From Candidatus Eiseniibacteriota bacterium (lineage in GTDB: Bacteria; Eisenbacteria; RBG-16-71-46): a DNA stretch of 52,667 nt. Positions 8,694-22,152 of this stretch are shown here, in pieces. Position 1 is the stretch's first letter, and the number at the start of each line of letters is the position of its first letter. A program made the position numbers and the translations under genes. The notes beneath the pieces were generated by a model. That model was given only the letters and a program-made list of their open reading frames with translations, was not told where the DNA came from and did not search any database. Location: the NCBI GenBank assembly GCA_044222065.1, contig JBGAOA010000031.1:1-52667 (forward strand), written 5' to 3'.

Positions 8694-9188
8694 TCAGCGC
8701 CTCTTCGGCGCGAGCTCCCGGTAGCCGTAGGTCGGATCGGTCTCACGTTCGAACGCCGCGTTCGAGAGTTCGCCGATCACGATCTCGGCGGTCGTGTACA
8801 CCGCCGAGCCGTCCACGAGGTGTCCGCCGAACACGGCGCCGGTCGAGTCCGCGAACGACGCGTGCAGGTGAGCGCCGTCGCGCGTGAGCGTGCCGCCGAG
8901 CGACACGATCTCGAAGTGCCCTTCGCGCGCGCTCGTGCCGGGCTGGTTCGCGAGCCGCAACGACGCGCGCGTCACGCTGCCGATGGCCGAAGCGACGAAG
9001 CCGGCGCGCAGCCCGCGCGCGCGCGCGAAGCGGAGCAGCTCCGCCCGCGGGTCCTGCCCGGGCTTCAACCGCAGCGCCCAGTAGCGCGCTCCGCCCGGTC
9101 CGGTCCACGGGAAGGCGAGGGTGGTCGAATCGGGCGCGGGCGCCGCGAACACGGTCGCCGCGAGCGCGAGCGCGAAGGTCGGGAACAT
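8694..9188 (-). CDS. PPC (DUF296) domain protein with apparent signal peptide
   Basis: RLKPGQD, AIGSV, FEIVSLGGTL, HLHASF, GGHL, VYTTAEIVI, DPTYGYREL. Confidence 0.85.
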   Translation of the reverse strand: MFPTFALALAATVFAAPAPDSTTLAFPWTGPGGARYWALRLKPGQDPRAELLRFARARGLRAGFVASAIGSVTRASLRLANQPGTSAREGHFEIVSLGGTLTRDGAHLHASFADSTGAVFGGHLVDGSAVYTTAEIVIGELSNAAFERETDPTYGYRELAPKRR

Positions 9189-9321
9189 CGTCGGTCTCCT
9201 TCCGGCGAGCGGGTGGGGCGCGACCGTAGCACGCGCGCGTGGAGCCGCGCGCCGGTTCGCGCTATCGTGCCGCCTTCACCCCACGGGTTCGACGTCCCGC
9301 GCACTGGAGAGGAATTCCCCG

Positions 9322-9990
9322 ATGTCGGTTCGCAATCTCGCGATCGTGTTCGTGATCGTCATGGCGTTCGTCGGCGGCATGGTGTGGCAGCGCCAGACCA
9401 TGCACTCGCCGCAGCAGCAGGCGCAGGAAGGCGGCGAGATGCCGCCGGGCGGCGAGATGCCGTCGATGCCGCAGGACGGCGGGCAGGGCATGCCGCCGCA
9501 GGGCATGCCGCAGCAGGGCACGCCGAACATCCAGGCCGCGGACCCGGGCCTCGACTGGAACGTGCCGAAGCGCTGGTCGAAGGCGCCGGACCGCGCGATG
9601 CGCGTCGCGACCTACGTGATTCCGAAGCAGGGCGGCGATCCCGAGGACGGCGAGTGCGCGGTGTTCCACTTCGGCCCCGGCCAGGGCGGCCCCGTGGACG
9701 CGAACATCCAGCGCTGGGTGGATCAGTTCGCGAACGTGAAGTCGCCGAACCGCTCGACCAAGACGATCGCCGGCATGTCCGCGCACTACGTGAGCCTCGA
9801 GGGCGACTTCCTCGCGCCCGCGGGTCCGATGATGGAGTCGCAGGGCACGAAGACGGGTTACGCGCTGCGTGGCGCGATCATCGAGGGACCGATGGGCGGC
9901 GTGTTCTTCAAGTTCACGGGACCGAAGAAGACGGTCGCCGCGGCCGCGCGCGAGTTCGACGACATGATCGCGTCGGTGCATCCGCGCTGA
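9322..9990 (+). CDS. Membrane-anchored hypothetical protein with Met/Pro/Gln-rich linker
   Basis: N-terminal TM, low-complexity GEMPPGGEMP/GMPPQGMPQQG, globular domain with GGPVDANIQRWVDQF; GGAGAGG SD. Confidence 0.75.
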   Translation: MSVRNLAIVFVIVMAFVGGMVWQRQTMHSPQQQAQEGGEMPPGGEMPSMPQDGGQGMPPQGMPQQGTPNIQAADPGLDWNVPKRWSKAPDRAMRVATYVIPKQGGDPEDGECAVFHFGPGQGGPVDANIQRWVDQFANVKSPNRSTKTIAGMSAHYVSLEGDFLAPAGPMMESQGTKTGYALRGAIIEGPMGGVFFKFTGPKKTVAAAAREFDDMIASVHPR

Positions 9991-10075
9991 GCGAATCGCA
10001 GGGGAGTTCCTCGCGGGGGCCGGCGCTCGCCGGTCCCCGCGTGCGTTTCGTACGTCGCCTCGGGGGCGCCGGGCG

Positions 10076-10441
10076 TCAGCGCGGGCCCCAGGCCGACATC
10101 GGCCCGAGGTTGCGCACGGTCGCGTATCCGCGCGACTCGAGCACGCGCCGCGCCTGCGCGCTTCGCGCGCCGCTCGCGCAGTAGAGCACGAGCGTGCGCG
10201 ACGTCTCGCCGGCCTTCTCGGGGCTGCGCACGAGCGCGTCGAGCGGCAGGTTCACGGCGCCCGGGAGGTGCCCCGCGCGAAACTCCTCGGGCGTGCGCAC
10301 GTCGATCAGCCCCGCGCCTTCGGAGACGAGCCGGCGCGCCTCGGCGCCGCTCACGTCGGGACGCAGTCCCGTCAGCATGAAGAACCCTCCGGCGATCACC
10401 GCGACGACCACGACCGCGAGCAGGACGAATTCGCCGCTCAC
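10076..10441 (-). CDS. Membrane-anchored rhodanese domain protein
   Basis: LIDVRTPEEFRAGHLPGAVNLP; active-site loop YCASGARS. Confidence 0.9.
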   Translation of the reverse strand: MSGEFVLLAVVVVAVIAGGFFMLTGLRPDVSGAEARRLVSEGAGLIDVRTPEEFRAGHLPGAVNLPLDALVRSPEKAGETSRTLVLYCASGARSAQARRVLESRGYATVRNLGPMSAWGPR

Positions 10442-10481
10442 GACGCGGCGCCTTCCCGGATGGAGCTTCGGCCCGCCCTCG

Positions 10482-10670
10482 TCACGGCTTGAGCCCCGCC
10501 TTCTTCAGGATCGCCATCATCGGACACCACTTCGTGAACGCGCTCTGGAACAGGTTGAGCCCCACGAACGCCGTGAACGCGAACCACCACGGGTTCACGA
10601 AGTACCCGAGCGCGACCGACAGCACCACGAACGCTCCCGCGATCATGCGCAGCGCTTCTTCGATCCTCAT
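10482..10670 (-). CDS. DUF2892 (YgaP-like) membrane protein
   Basis: LRMIAG...FVGLNLFQSAFTKWCPM; GAGGAGG SD. Confidence 0.88.
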   Translation of the reverse strand: MRIEEALRMIAGAFVVLSVALGYFVNPWWFAFTAFVGLNLFQSAFTKWCPMMAILKKAGLKP

Positions 10671-10683
10671 CGCCGTCACCTCC

Positions 10684-14231
<3,548 letters not shown>

Positions 14232-14235
<4 letters not shown>

Positions 14236-15307
14236 GATGCGACCTTCACGGCGCGGCCGTCGGTCAGGCCTTCGGGATCGGCGACGACCGAGTCCGCCGC
14301 AGCGAGCCCGGCGAGCACCTCGATCGCGCCGTCCGATTCGCGGCCGACGCGCAGCCAGCGCAGCCGCGCGATTCCGTCCTCGACGACGTACACGCCCGTG
14401 AGGCCGCCGCGCCGGACGAGGGACCGGGTCGGAACGGTGAGTGCGCGCGGTGTGCTGGCGGCGTCCTTCCCGGCGCCCTCGCTCGTCGCGGGAGCCAATC
14501 GAATGCGCGCGAACGCGCCGGCCTCGAGCGCGCCGCCGTCCGCGGCGCGGAAGCGGGCGACGCGGCTGCGCGTCGTGAAGTCGGTCATGCCGTCCACGCG
14601 CGCGAGCTTCGCCGCGCGCCACGGCCCGTCGCCGAGCTGGAACTCGGCCGTCTTCGCGGTGAGGCGCGCGAGTTCGGACTCGGGAACGGTGGCCGCGATC
14701 TCGCCGACCGCGGTGGAGCGCACGTCGAGCAGCGGCTGCCCCGGGCCGAGCGTCGCGCCGACGTCGGCGTGGCGGCGCACGACGACGCCGTCGAACGGCG
14801 CCTCGATCGCGACGCCGGAGCGCAGCTGGTCCACCTGCGCCTTCGCCTGGGCGCAGGCGGCCTCGGCGGCGCGGCGCTCGGCCTGAGCGCCCTCGAGTTC
14901 GCGCAGCGCCGCGACGCGGGATCCGTAGAGCGAGTCCATGCGCGACTCCTGCCGGCGCGCGAGGTCGCGCGCGAGCGTCGCCGCGGCGAGCCCGGCCTCG
15001 GCGCCTTCGAGCGCCGCGCGCGTCTCGGGGGCGGCGAAGCGCGCGAGCGTCGTTCCGGCGCGGAAGCGGTCGCCCTCGCGCAGCGGGAGCGCGGTGAGCT
15101 GCGCGGCGAGGCGCGCGGTCAGCGTGACTTCCTCGCGCGCCGTGACGCGCGCCGGCAGCTGGCGCGTCAGCGCCACGCGCCGCGGGGGCAGCACGGTGAC
15201 GGTGGCGGGTTCGCCGGCGCCCGGGTGCGCGGGCGCGTGCGGCCGCCGCAGCCCGCGGCGAACGCGGCGAGCGCGACGGAGGCGGCGATCGGGAGCAGCT
15301 TCTTCAT
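14232..15307 (-). CDS. RND periplasmic adaptor lipoprotein, with one frameshift near 15240
   Basis: Lipobox MKKLLPIAASVALAAFAAGC in one frame; body (IEAPFDGVVVRR..VG..PGQPL, VPTRSLVRRGGLTGVYVV) in another. Confidence 0.8.
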
Positions 15308-16644
15308 CGCAGTTCTCCGAGAGCGTGGAGGAGTCGGTAGCGGGACAGCGTGAGCGATGCGGCGGCCTCGACGTCGGCGCCGCGCGCGGCGGTCAGCTTC
15401 GGCGTCCGCCGCGAGCAGATCGGTGAGCGGGAGCAGGCCGGCGCGGTAGCGCGATCCGGCGAGCGTGAGCGCGGCTTCCCGCGGCCGCGCGCCCGTCGCG
15501 CGCCGCCGACCGGCGTTCCTCGGCGACCGCCGCCTCGGCGCGTGCGGCGGCGAGTCCGACGGCGAGGTCGCGCTCGAGCGCCGCGGCGTTCGCGCGCGCT
15601 TCGGCCGCCTTCGCGCGGGCGAGCTTCCAGGCGTTGAGCTTCTGCGCGCCGTCGAACACGGGGAACTCGGCGACGAGACCGACGAGCCAGCGGCGCTCCC
15701 ACGCATCCGAGCGCGCGGGGCGTACTGCGTGGCGGCGAAGCGCGCATTCACGGACGGCAGCAGCGCGAGCCCGGCCTGCGTCGCCTGGCTCGCGGCCGCG
15801 GCGGCGGATTCGCGCATCGCGACGAGTTCGCCGCGCGTGCCGTCGGCCGGCGCGGCGCGGGCGCGTCGCCCGCGTCGAGTTCGTCCGGCGCGACCGGTGC
15901 GCCGACGAGCTTCGAGAGCCGCTCCATCCTCACCGCGAGCTGGCGGCGCGCGCCGAGCTCGCGCACGCGCGCGTCGCTCGCGCGCGCCGCGGCGCGCAGC
16001 GTGTCCACCTCGGGCACCTGCCCCGCGCGGAAGCGTTCGGCGGCCGAGAGCCGCATCGCCTGCGCGAACTCGAGCGCCTGGGCGGCCGCCTTCGCGTTCT
16101 CGCGCGCCGACACCGCGTCCACCCACGCTTCGACGGCCGCGAGCAAACGGTTCGCGACGCTCGCGCGCTCCATCGCCGTGGCGGCGCGGCCGTAGCGGGC
16201 CGCGAGCCCGGGCGTCATCAGTTCGCGCCCGCCGTTCCACAGCGGCTGGTCCACCGTGACCGACCACTGGAGCGCCGTCGCGGGCGCGGGCTGGTTGAGC
16301 GCGTCGATCGCGAAGTCGGCTGGCGTGAATCGTCCCTGCCAGAGCTTCTGCGAGAACAGCACCGCCGGATCGTCCGTGCGCGTGAGCCCGCCGCCGAGCG
16401 TCACGTGCGGCGAGAGCTGCGCCCACGTCATCGAGGCCTGCGCGCGGCCCGCGTCGCCCGCGGCGCGCGCGGCGGCGAGCGCCGGGTCGTTCGCGCGTGC
16501 CGCCTCGAGCACGCGCGCGACGCTCCAGGGCTCGGCGGAGGCGGGAGCGGGGAGCAGCGGGTTCGAGAGGAGCAGGGCGGAAGCGAGGAAGGAGGCCCGC
16601 GCGAGGCGGGCACGGAGGCGGTCCACGGGAGTCGCGTCGTTCAT
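15304..16644 (-). pseudogene. TolC-family outer membrane channel, broken by about 4 frameshifts (probably sequence errors)
   Basis: Consecutive TolC-like segments in alternating frames (DQPLWNGG; LLPSVNARF; FPVFDG; RYRAGLLPLTDLLAA; SRYRLLHALG); stop overlaps the adaptor ATG. Confidence 0.75.
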
Positions 16645-16709
16645 GGCGACCGTGAGAGCCCGATCGAGCGCCGAGGATTCGGGGGCGCGGGCCGCGGGCC
16701 GCAAGCCTC

Positions 16710-16718
16710 TGCTAACAT
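16710..16718 (+). promoter_or_regulatory. Extended -10 element (TGcTAACAT) upstream of the ECF sigma gene
   Basis: TGn-TANNNT motif in a short divergent intergenic region. Confidence 0.4.
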
Positions 16719-16767
16719 GCGTCGCCCGAACCGCCGCACGACCCGCGAGAGATTCCGGCGATCCCCG

Positions 16768-17646
16768 ATGCCTCCGCACTTCACCGACGCCCCGAAACCC
16801 GCCCGCACGCCCCGGCCCGCGCCGCCCGCGCCCACGCGCCGCGACGAGGCGAGGCTGCTCGCCGCCGCGCGCGGCGGCGACCGCACCGCGCTGACGAAGC
16901 TGCTCGAACTCGTCGCCGGCCCGGCCCAGCGCTTCACGCAGGGCTTCTGTCGCGACCCGCACGACGCCGAGGACCTCGCGCAGGACGTGCTCGCGACGCT
17001 GCTTCGATCCCTCGACACGTTCCGCGGCGACTCGTCGCTCACGACGTGGGTCTACACGGTCGCGCGGCGGAGCTGCATCCGCATGCGCCGGCGCGCCGCG
17101 CGACAGTCGCCGCTGCCGAACGACGACGCGACGCTGATCGCGCGCCCGGACCCGGGCGCCGAGCCGCACCGCGGGCTCGAACGCCGCCAGCTCGGCGAGG
17201 CGCTCGAGCGCGCGATCGCCTCGCTGCCGATGGCGCAGCGCGAAGTGCTCGTGATGCGCGACGTCGAAGGTCTGCCCGCCGCCGAGGTGGGCAAGGTGCT
17301 CGGGCTCGGCGAGCGCGCGGTGAAGTCGCGGCTCCACCGCGCGCGGCTCGTGCTGCGCGAGAAGCTCGCGCCGCACTTCGGACACGCCGACGCGCCGGCG
17401 GCGGGCCCGAGCTGCCCGGACACCGCGCGCGCCCTGAGCCGGTACGTCGAAGGCGAACTGAGCCCGGGCGTGTGCGCCAAGATGGAGGCGCACGTGAAAG
17501 GCTGCCCCGCCTGCGGCGAGGCGTGCCAGTCGCTCAAGCAGGTGCTCGGCGCCTGCCGCGACTACGGCGACCGCAAGCTGTCGTCCGAGATGCGCGCCGC
17601 GGTGAAGCGCGCGGTGCGCGGGTTGCTCATCGAGGCGCGATCCTGA
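16768..17646 (+). CDS. ECF sigma-70 factor with fused C-terminal zf-HC2 (ZAS) zinc-binding domain
   Basis: DAEDLAQD, FRGDSSLTTWVYTVARR, region 4 VKSRLHRAR; then SCP...YVEGEL...HVKGCPAC. Confidence 0.88.
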   Translation: MPPHFTDAPKPARTPRPAPPAPTRRDEARLLAAARGGDRTALTKLLELVAGPAQRFTQGFCRDPHDAEDLAQDVLATLLRSLDTFRGDSSLTTWVYTVARRSCIRMRRRAARQSPLPNDDATLIARPDPGAEPHRGLERRQLGEALERAIASLPMAQREVLVMRDVEGLPAAEVGKVLGLGERAVKSRLHRARLVLREKLAPHFGHADAPAAGPSCPDTARALSRYVEGELSPGVCAKMEAHVKGCPACGEACQSLKQVLGACRDYGDRKLSSEMRAAVKRAVRGLLIEARS

Positions 17647-17679
17647 CTGCGGCCGGGCGAGCGAGCGGGATCCTCGCCG

Positions 17680-18492
17680 CTACATGAACCACCCGCCGTG
17701 CTCGTGCACCCAGTCGCCGTATTCGCGCATGAACCTCATTTCGTCCTCGGCGAGCGGGCCACGCTTCACCGATTCGACGTTCTGCAGCAGCTCCCGCGTG
17801 CTGCGCGGCGCGGTGAGCACCACGTCGACGTCGGGGTGGGAGAGCACGAAGCGGTACGCGAGATCGGCGGTCGGCACCGGCCGGTTCTTCGGCCAGCCGC
17901 CCACCCGCCTCACGAGATAGGTCCAGCGCGTGGCGGTGTAGCTCACGATCGCGGGGTCGTGCGCGTGCGTGTGCGGGAAGATCTCGGTCTCGGCGCCGCG
18001 GTGCGCGGCGTTGTAGCGAATCATGAGCAGGTCGACCGCTCCGGTGCGCGCGAGCTCCCCGGCGAACCGGCGATCGTGGGTCGAGATGCCGATCGCTCGC
18101 ACCTTGCCTTCGTCTCGAAAGCGCAGCATCTCCTCGCGCACGCGCTCGGGGAACTGCTCGGGCTTCATCACGCCGAGGAACATGAAGACGTCGAGGTGGT
18201 CGGTGCCGAGTTCGCGCAGGCGCTTCTCGAGCAGCTTGCGCAGGTTCGACCTCCACAGGATCCAGTTGTAGCCGCCGGTCGCGATGACGAAGTCGTCGCG
18301 CCGAGTGCGGCACGCGTCGCGCAGCGTCCGGATCAACTGAGTGTCGATCCCGAAGGCGAAGAAGTAATTCACGCCGTGGTCGATCGCCGCGACGACCGCG
18401 GGGCGCCCCGGCCGATAGGTCGCGGACAAACCGAGCCGGAACACCTCGCGTCCGATCCGCCCGAGACGCGCGTAGCTCGCATCTCGAGCCAT
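17680..18492 (-). CDS. Aldo/keto reductase
   Basis: LEKRLRELGTDHLDVF, EGKVRAIGISTH, MIRYNAAHRG, YRFVLSHPDVDVVL. Confidence 0.85.
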   Translation of the reverse strand: MARDASYARLGRIGREVFRLGLSATYRPGRPAVVAAIDHGVNYFFAFGIDTQLIRTLRDACRTRRDDFVIATGGYNWILWRSNLRKLLEKRLRELGTDHLDVFMFLGVMKPEQFPERVREEMLRFRDEGKVRAIGISTHDRRFAGELARTGAVDLLMIRYNAAHRGAETEIFPHTHAHDPAIVSYTATRWTYLVRRVGGWPKNRPVPTADLAYRFVLSHPDVDVVLTAPRSTRELLQNVESVKRGPLAEDEMRFMREYGDWVHEHGGWFM

Positions 18493-18771
18493 CGTGCCCT
18501 CCTCCGATTTCGGTCGTGGTGGCGGGCGGGCGGGGTGGACCCCGTGCGGACCCGATGACGGGCGCGCCGAGCCGATCCGTCACACGGGCCCCGAGCGGGC
18601 GTGGAACCGACCGGAGGCTAACCCTCCGATCGATTTTCGGCTACTCCCGGGTGCGCGGCTGGGCTACGCTTCGCGGCGCCATCGAGGCAGCGACGCGCGA
18701 CATGCGCGCGCTCGTCGCCAGTCGTCCCGCCGCCTCGTCGTTCCGCACAGGCCACGAGCGGGAGCATCGAG

Positions 18772-19653
18772 ATGCGAGCACTCCGAGTCGTGACGGCCGT
18801 GGCGGCCGCCCTCCTGATGGTCGCGCGGGTGCGCGAGTGCGCCGCCGGCGTCACCGTGTTCTTCGATCCGAGCCAGGTCGCGGTTTCCTCCGACAGCGGA
18901 GCCACGTGGGACCAGGTCACCTGCGACGGCTACGTGTTCACCTACACCCGCGACAAGCTCTTCACCGGCGGCGGCCCGGCGCCGATCGGACGGCCCGTTC
19001 GTGTGTGGTGGCCCGCGGGCGTCGAGGCGCAGTACGTCACCGCTGGCCCGACGCCTGACAAGGCCACGATCACGCTGCGGCGCGTGGACGGCGGCGTGTT
19101 CGACTTCACATCGTTCACCGCGAAGCTGCTCGCGAACGCCGGCGCCGGCCGCGCGATCGAGATCGTGCCCATGCTGAACGGCGAGGAGCCGTTCGCGGAT
19201 CCCTTCACGTTCGACGTCTCGGGCGTGTACGGGCAGCAGTTCTCCTACGACACGTCGCCGAACCCGTGGGGCTCGACGGCTCCGCTCGTGGGCTTCGACA
19301 CGTACAAGGTCCGACTCACGCTCGACTACGCGCTGACCGCGCTCACGCTGACGGATCCCTCGACGATCTCGGTCGAACCCGGCGCCCGCGCGGTCGGGGA
19401 ACTGCGAGCCGCTCCGATCCCGGCCGCGAACGCGGTGCGGTTCGCGCTGCCCGGCGTCCCCGGCGCGCAGACGCTCACGATCCACTCGGTGGACGGCGCG
19501 CTCGTTCGCACGCTCGCGCTCGATGGCGCGGGCGGAGCGCGCTGGGACCTGCGCGATGCGTCGGGGCGGCGCGTCGTCGCGGGCGTGTACTTCGCGCGCA
19601 GCGGGTCCGAGCGCGGGCCCTCGCGGTCGCGGAGGCTCGTCGTGATCCGCTAG
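18772..19653 (+). CDS. Secreted protein with FlgD-Ig-like C-terminal domain
   Basis: Signal peptide; C-terminal DGALVRTL...WDLRDASGRRVVAGVYFAR. Confidence 0.78.
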   Translation: MRALRVVTAVAAALLMVARVRECAAGVTVFFDPSQVAVSSDSGATWDQVTCDGYVFTYTRDKLFTGGGPAPIGRPVRVWWPAGVEAQYVTAGPTPDKATITLRRVDGGVFDFTSFTAKLLANAGAGRAIEIVPMLNGEEPFADPFTFDVSGVYGQQFSYDTSPNPWGSTAPLVGFDTYKVRLTLDYALTALTLTDPSTISVEPGARAVGELRAAPIPAANAVRFALPGVPGAQTLTIHSVDGALVRTLALDGAGGARWDLRDASGRRVVAGVYFARSGSERGPSRSRRLVVIR

Positions 19654-19696
19654 GACGCCGCGATTCGCGCGGCGTCGCGGCATTCGCTTCGCCCGG

Positions 19697-20959
19697 CTAC
19701 TCGACGAGGACGTGCGGGAGGATGCGCGTCAGGTCGTCCTCGCGGATCGCGACGCGCGCCGTGTCCTCGACGACCGTGTCGCCGGGCGGATAGGCGATCG
19801 CGAGGCTCGCGCGCAGCATGATCGCCTCGTCGTTGAACTGGTCGCCCACGAACACCGCCTCGTCGGGGCCGCAGCCGGCGCGGCGGCACACGAGTTCGAG
19901 CGCCTCGGCCTTGCCCTCGAAGTCGAACGCCGTGGCGCGCACGCCGGCCACCACGCCGTCGCCGTCGAACGTGAGTTCGTTGATGAACACGAAGTCCACG
20001 AACTCCCGGAAGTCGGGGAAGCCGTCTTCGAGGAACGTGTGGACGCCGCCCGAGATGATCGCGGTGACGCACCCCGCGTCGCGCAGCGCGCTCATCGCCT
20101 CGCGGCACTTCACGGTCAGGTGCAGCCCTGTGGCGAACTGCGCGAGTTGCGAGCGCGTGAGCTTCCGGTCGCGGAAGTGGCCGACGGCCTGCTCGCACCA
20201 GTTGCGATACGCGTCGAGGCGCTGGCCCTTGCCGGCTTCCGCCTTGAGACGGTATTCGCTCCTCAGCTGCTGGCGGACCGACTTCGCGAATCGCAGCTCG
20301 GTCCAGATCCGCTCCCACGAGAACGCGTACTTCTCGCCGCGCATCAGCGTGCCGTCGAGATCGAACGCCACGACCTTGTAGCGGTGGGCATTGCGGTGGA
20401 TGGGGGAGCGCCACGCGGCGTCGGGCACGTGGAAGAGGCCCGGCACGCCTCCGCCCTCGGCGCGAGGCGCGCCGGATGCCGCCGGCGTCGCGCCGGCGGC
20501 GGGGAAGGCCGGTCGCGCGGCGGGCGCCCCCGCGCCGCCCGGGAATTGCGGTGCGACGTCCGGCTTGCGGCGCTTGCCCTCCACCCGGTCGAGCAGGCGC
20601 TTTCCCGCGGCCGCCTCGTCGAGCCCCACCAGATCCACGTACACGATGTTCGCGAGCACGCCGTCGAGCGGCACGTCCTGGACGCGCACCGGGATCAGCA
20701 GGTCCTTCGCGCCCGTCGGATCGCGGCGGAACGCATCCGCCCACTCGGGATGCGTGTAGAGGGCATTCAGATAGTTGGGCGACAGCACCGCGATCGTGCG
20801 CTCCGAGTCCTTCATCGCGCGATCCATGTCGAGCACCCAGTTGCCGACGAAGTCCCAGGCCTGGACGACGACGCTGTATCCGGCCGCCTCGAGCTGCCAC
20901 GAGATCCACTCCGCCCACCGCCGGTCGGCGCCGTTGTAACTGACGAAGAAGTCCTTCAT
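19697..20959 (-). CDS. TIR (TIR_2) domain fused to a HAD-superfamily phosphatase (SerB/HAD-IB-like)
   Basis: DFFVSY...WAEWISWQLE...VLSPNYL...EW; HAD motifs FDLDGT, ISGG, GKAEAL, VGDQFND; TATAGT -10 at 21007-21012. Confidence 0.88.
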   Translation of the reverse strand: MKDFFVSYNGADRRWAEWISWQLEAAGYSVVVQAWDFVGNWVLDMDRAMKDSERTIAVLSPNYLNALYTHPEWADAFRRDPTGAKDLLIPVRVQDVPLDGVLANIVYVDLVGLDEAAAGKRLLDRVEGKRRKPDVAPQFPGGAGAPAARPAFPAAGATPAASGAPRAEGGGVPGLFHVPDAAWRSPIHRNAHRYKVVAFDLDGTLMRGEKYAFSWERIWTELRFAKSVRQQLRSEYRLKAEAGKGQRLDAYRNWCEQAVGHFRDRKLTRSQLAQFATGLHLTVKCREAMSALRDAGCVTAIISGGVHTFLEDGFPDFREFVDFVFINELTFDGDGVVAGVRATAFDFEGKAEALELVCRRAGCGPDEAVFVGDQFNDEAIMLRASLAIAYPPGDTVVEDTARVAIREDDLTRILPHVLVE

Positions 20960-21227
20960 CGCATCGGGTCTCGCGGGCCTGGGGGATCGCCTCGAATCGA
21001 GGCGGGACTATAGCCCAGCGCCGCGGTCGCGAGCCGCGCGTGCGCGGGCGCCCGCGATCGCGGCGCCGCGTCGCGGGCACGGCCGCACGCGCCCGGAGGC
21101 CGCGCGAGGACGCGGCGCCAGGGCACTTTGCCGTTGGAGCGGTCCTCGGGCGCGACTAGGCTTCGGGCGACCCGAACCCCGCGCGCGACCGCCGCCGGCG
21201 ACGGGACGCTGTCGAGGAGGCAACGGC

Positions 21228-21635
21228 ATGGCCGCGATCCGAAACGTGCAGCTCTCGATCGACGACACCCCGAACCCCGACCTGTTCGTGGTGAGCGTGA
21301 CCTACGATCTCGAGATCTCCGCGCACGACGCCGAGCGGTTCTCGGCGTACCGGGAGGAACTCGACGTGCTCGGAGAGGACGGGCGCACGTTGCACGTGAT
21401 CGAGGATCGCGTCTCGCCGACGACCTTTCGCCCAGTCGCGGGGACCCAGCGACGCCGCATGCAGACGACGATGACCCGGCGTTCGCTCGCGGAAGACCCG
21501 GATCCGCCGAACGTGCCGTTCCTGCCGCCGCTGCCGAAGAACCTCGACGAGATCCGAGCCCGCGTGCGCCTCGTTCCTCAAGTGACGCCGCACCTCGAAG
21601 CGCTCTCCCAGCGCGTCCAGCGGCACTTCGGCTAG
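21228..21635 (+). CDS. Hypothetical protein
   Basis: GAGGAGG SD, normal codon usage, beta-strand-rich sequence. Confidence 0.65.
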   Translation: MAAIRNVQLSIDDTPNPDLFVVSVTYDLEISAHDAERFSAYREELDVLGEDGRTLHVIEDRVSPTTFRPVAGTQRRRMQTTMTRRSLAEDPDPPNVPFLPPLPKNLDEIRARVRLVPQVTPHLEALSQRVQRHFG

Positions 21636-21772
21636 CCGCATCGCTCGTCCGAGCGCGCCGCGCGCGTCTCGTGGGGCGCGTGCGTTCCCCGGCGTTTGCC
21701 CCCGGCGCCCGCCGCTCCTAACCTGCGCGCGACTCGCGAGCGATCCCCGCTCGCGCTGCTCCCGGAGGCGCC

Positions 21773-22141
21773 ATGCGCGACACGCCCTCTCCGTCGAATC
21801 GCGGCCGGCGACGCTTCCTGCGCGCGGCGGCGGTCGCCGGCCTCGCTCAGGCGGCGAACGTTCCCGCTCTCGTCCTCGCCCAGTCCGCGCCGAAGCCCGC
21901 GGGCGCCGCATCCCCCGCGCCGACCCAGCCCGAGCCCGCCGCACCCGCGGGTCCGCCGCCGATCTCGGAAGACGCGCGCTCGCTCGCCGAGATCGTGCGC
22001 CGCCGCTACGGCCAGCACCTCACGCCCGAACAGCTCGAGGGCGTCACGCGCGAACTCGACCAGCGCGTCCAGGCCGGCCGGCGCCTCAAGGACGCGAAGC
22101 TCGCGAACGGCGACGAGCCGGACTTCGCGTTCCGGGCCTAG
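21773..22141 (+). CDS. Tat-signal small protein with GatC/AtzG-like C-terminus
   Basis: GRRRFLRAAAVAG twin-arginine signal; C-terminal LANGDEPDFAFRA; GGAGG SD; 11 nt upstream of the amidase. Confidence 0.7.
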   Translation: MRDTPSPSNRGRRRFLRAAAVAGLAQAANVPALVLAQSAPKPAGAASPAPTQPEPAAPAGPPPISEDARSLAEIVRRRYGQHLTPEQLEGVTRELDQRVQAGRRLKDAKLANGDEPDFAFRA

Positions 22142-22152
22142 GGGAGGCGCGC

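Noticed and set aside
9421..9520. Short repeats GGCGGCGAGATGCCG and CAGGGCATGCCG
   Set aside because: In-frame coding low-complexity linker, not a DNA-level element
15230..15880. Programmed ribosomal frameshifting in TolC/adaptor
   Set aside because: Several shifts in different directions with no slippery heptamers; more consistent with indel errors
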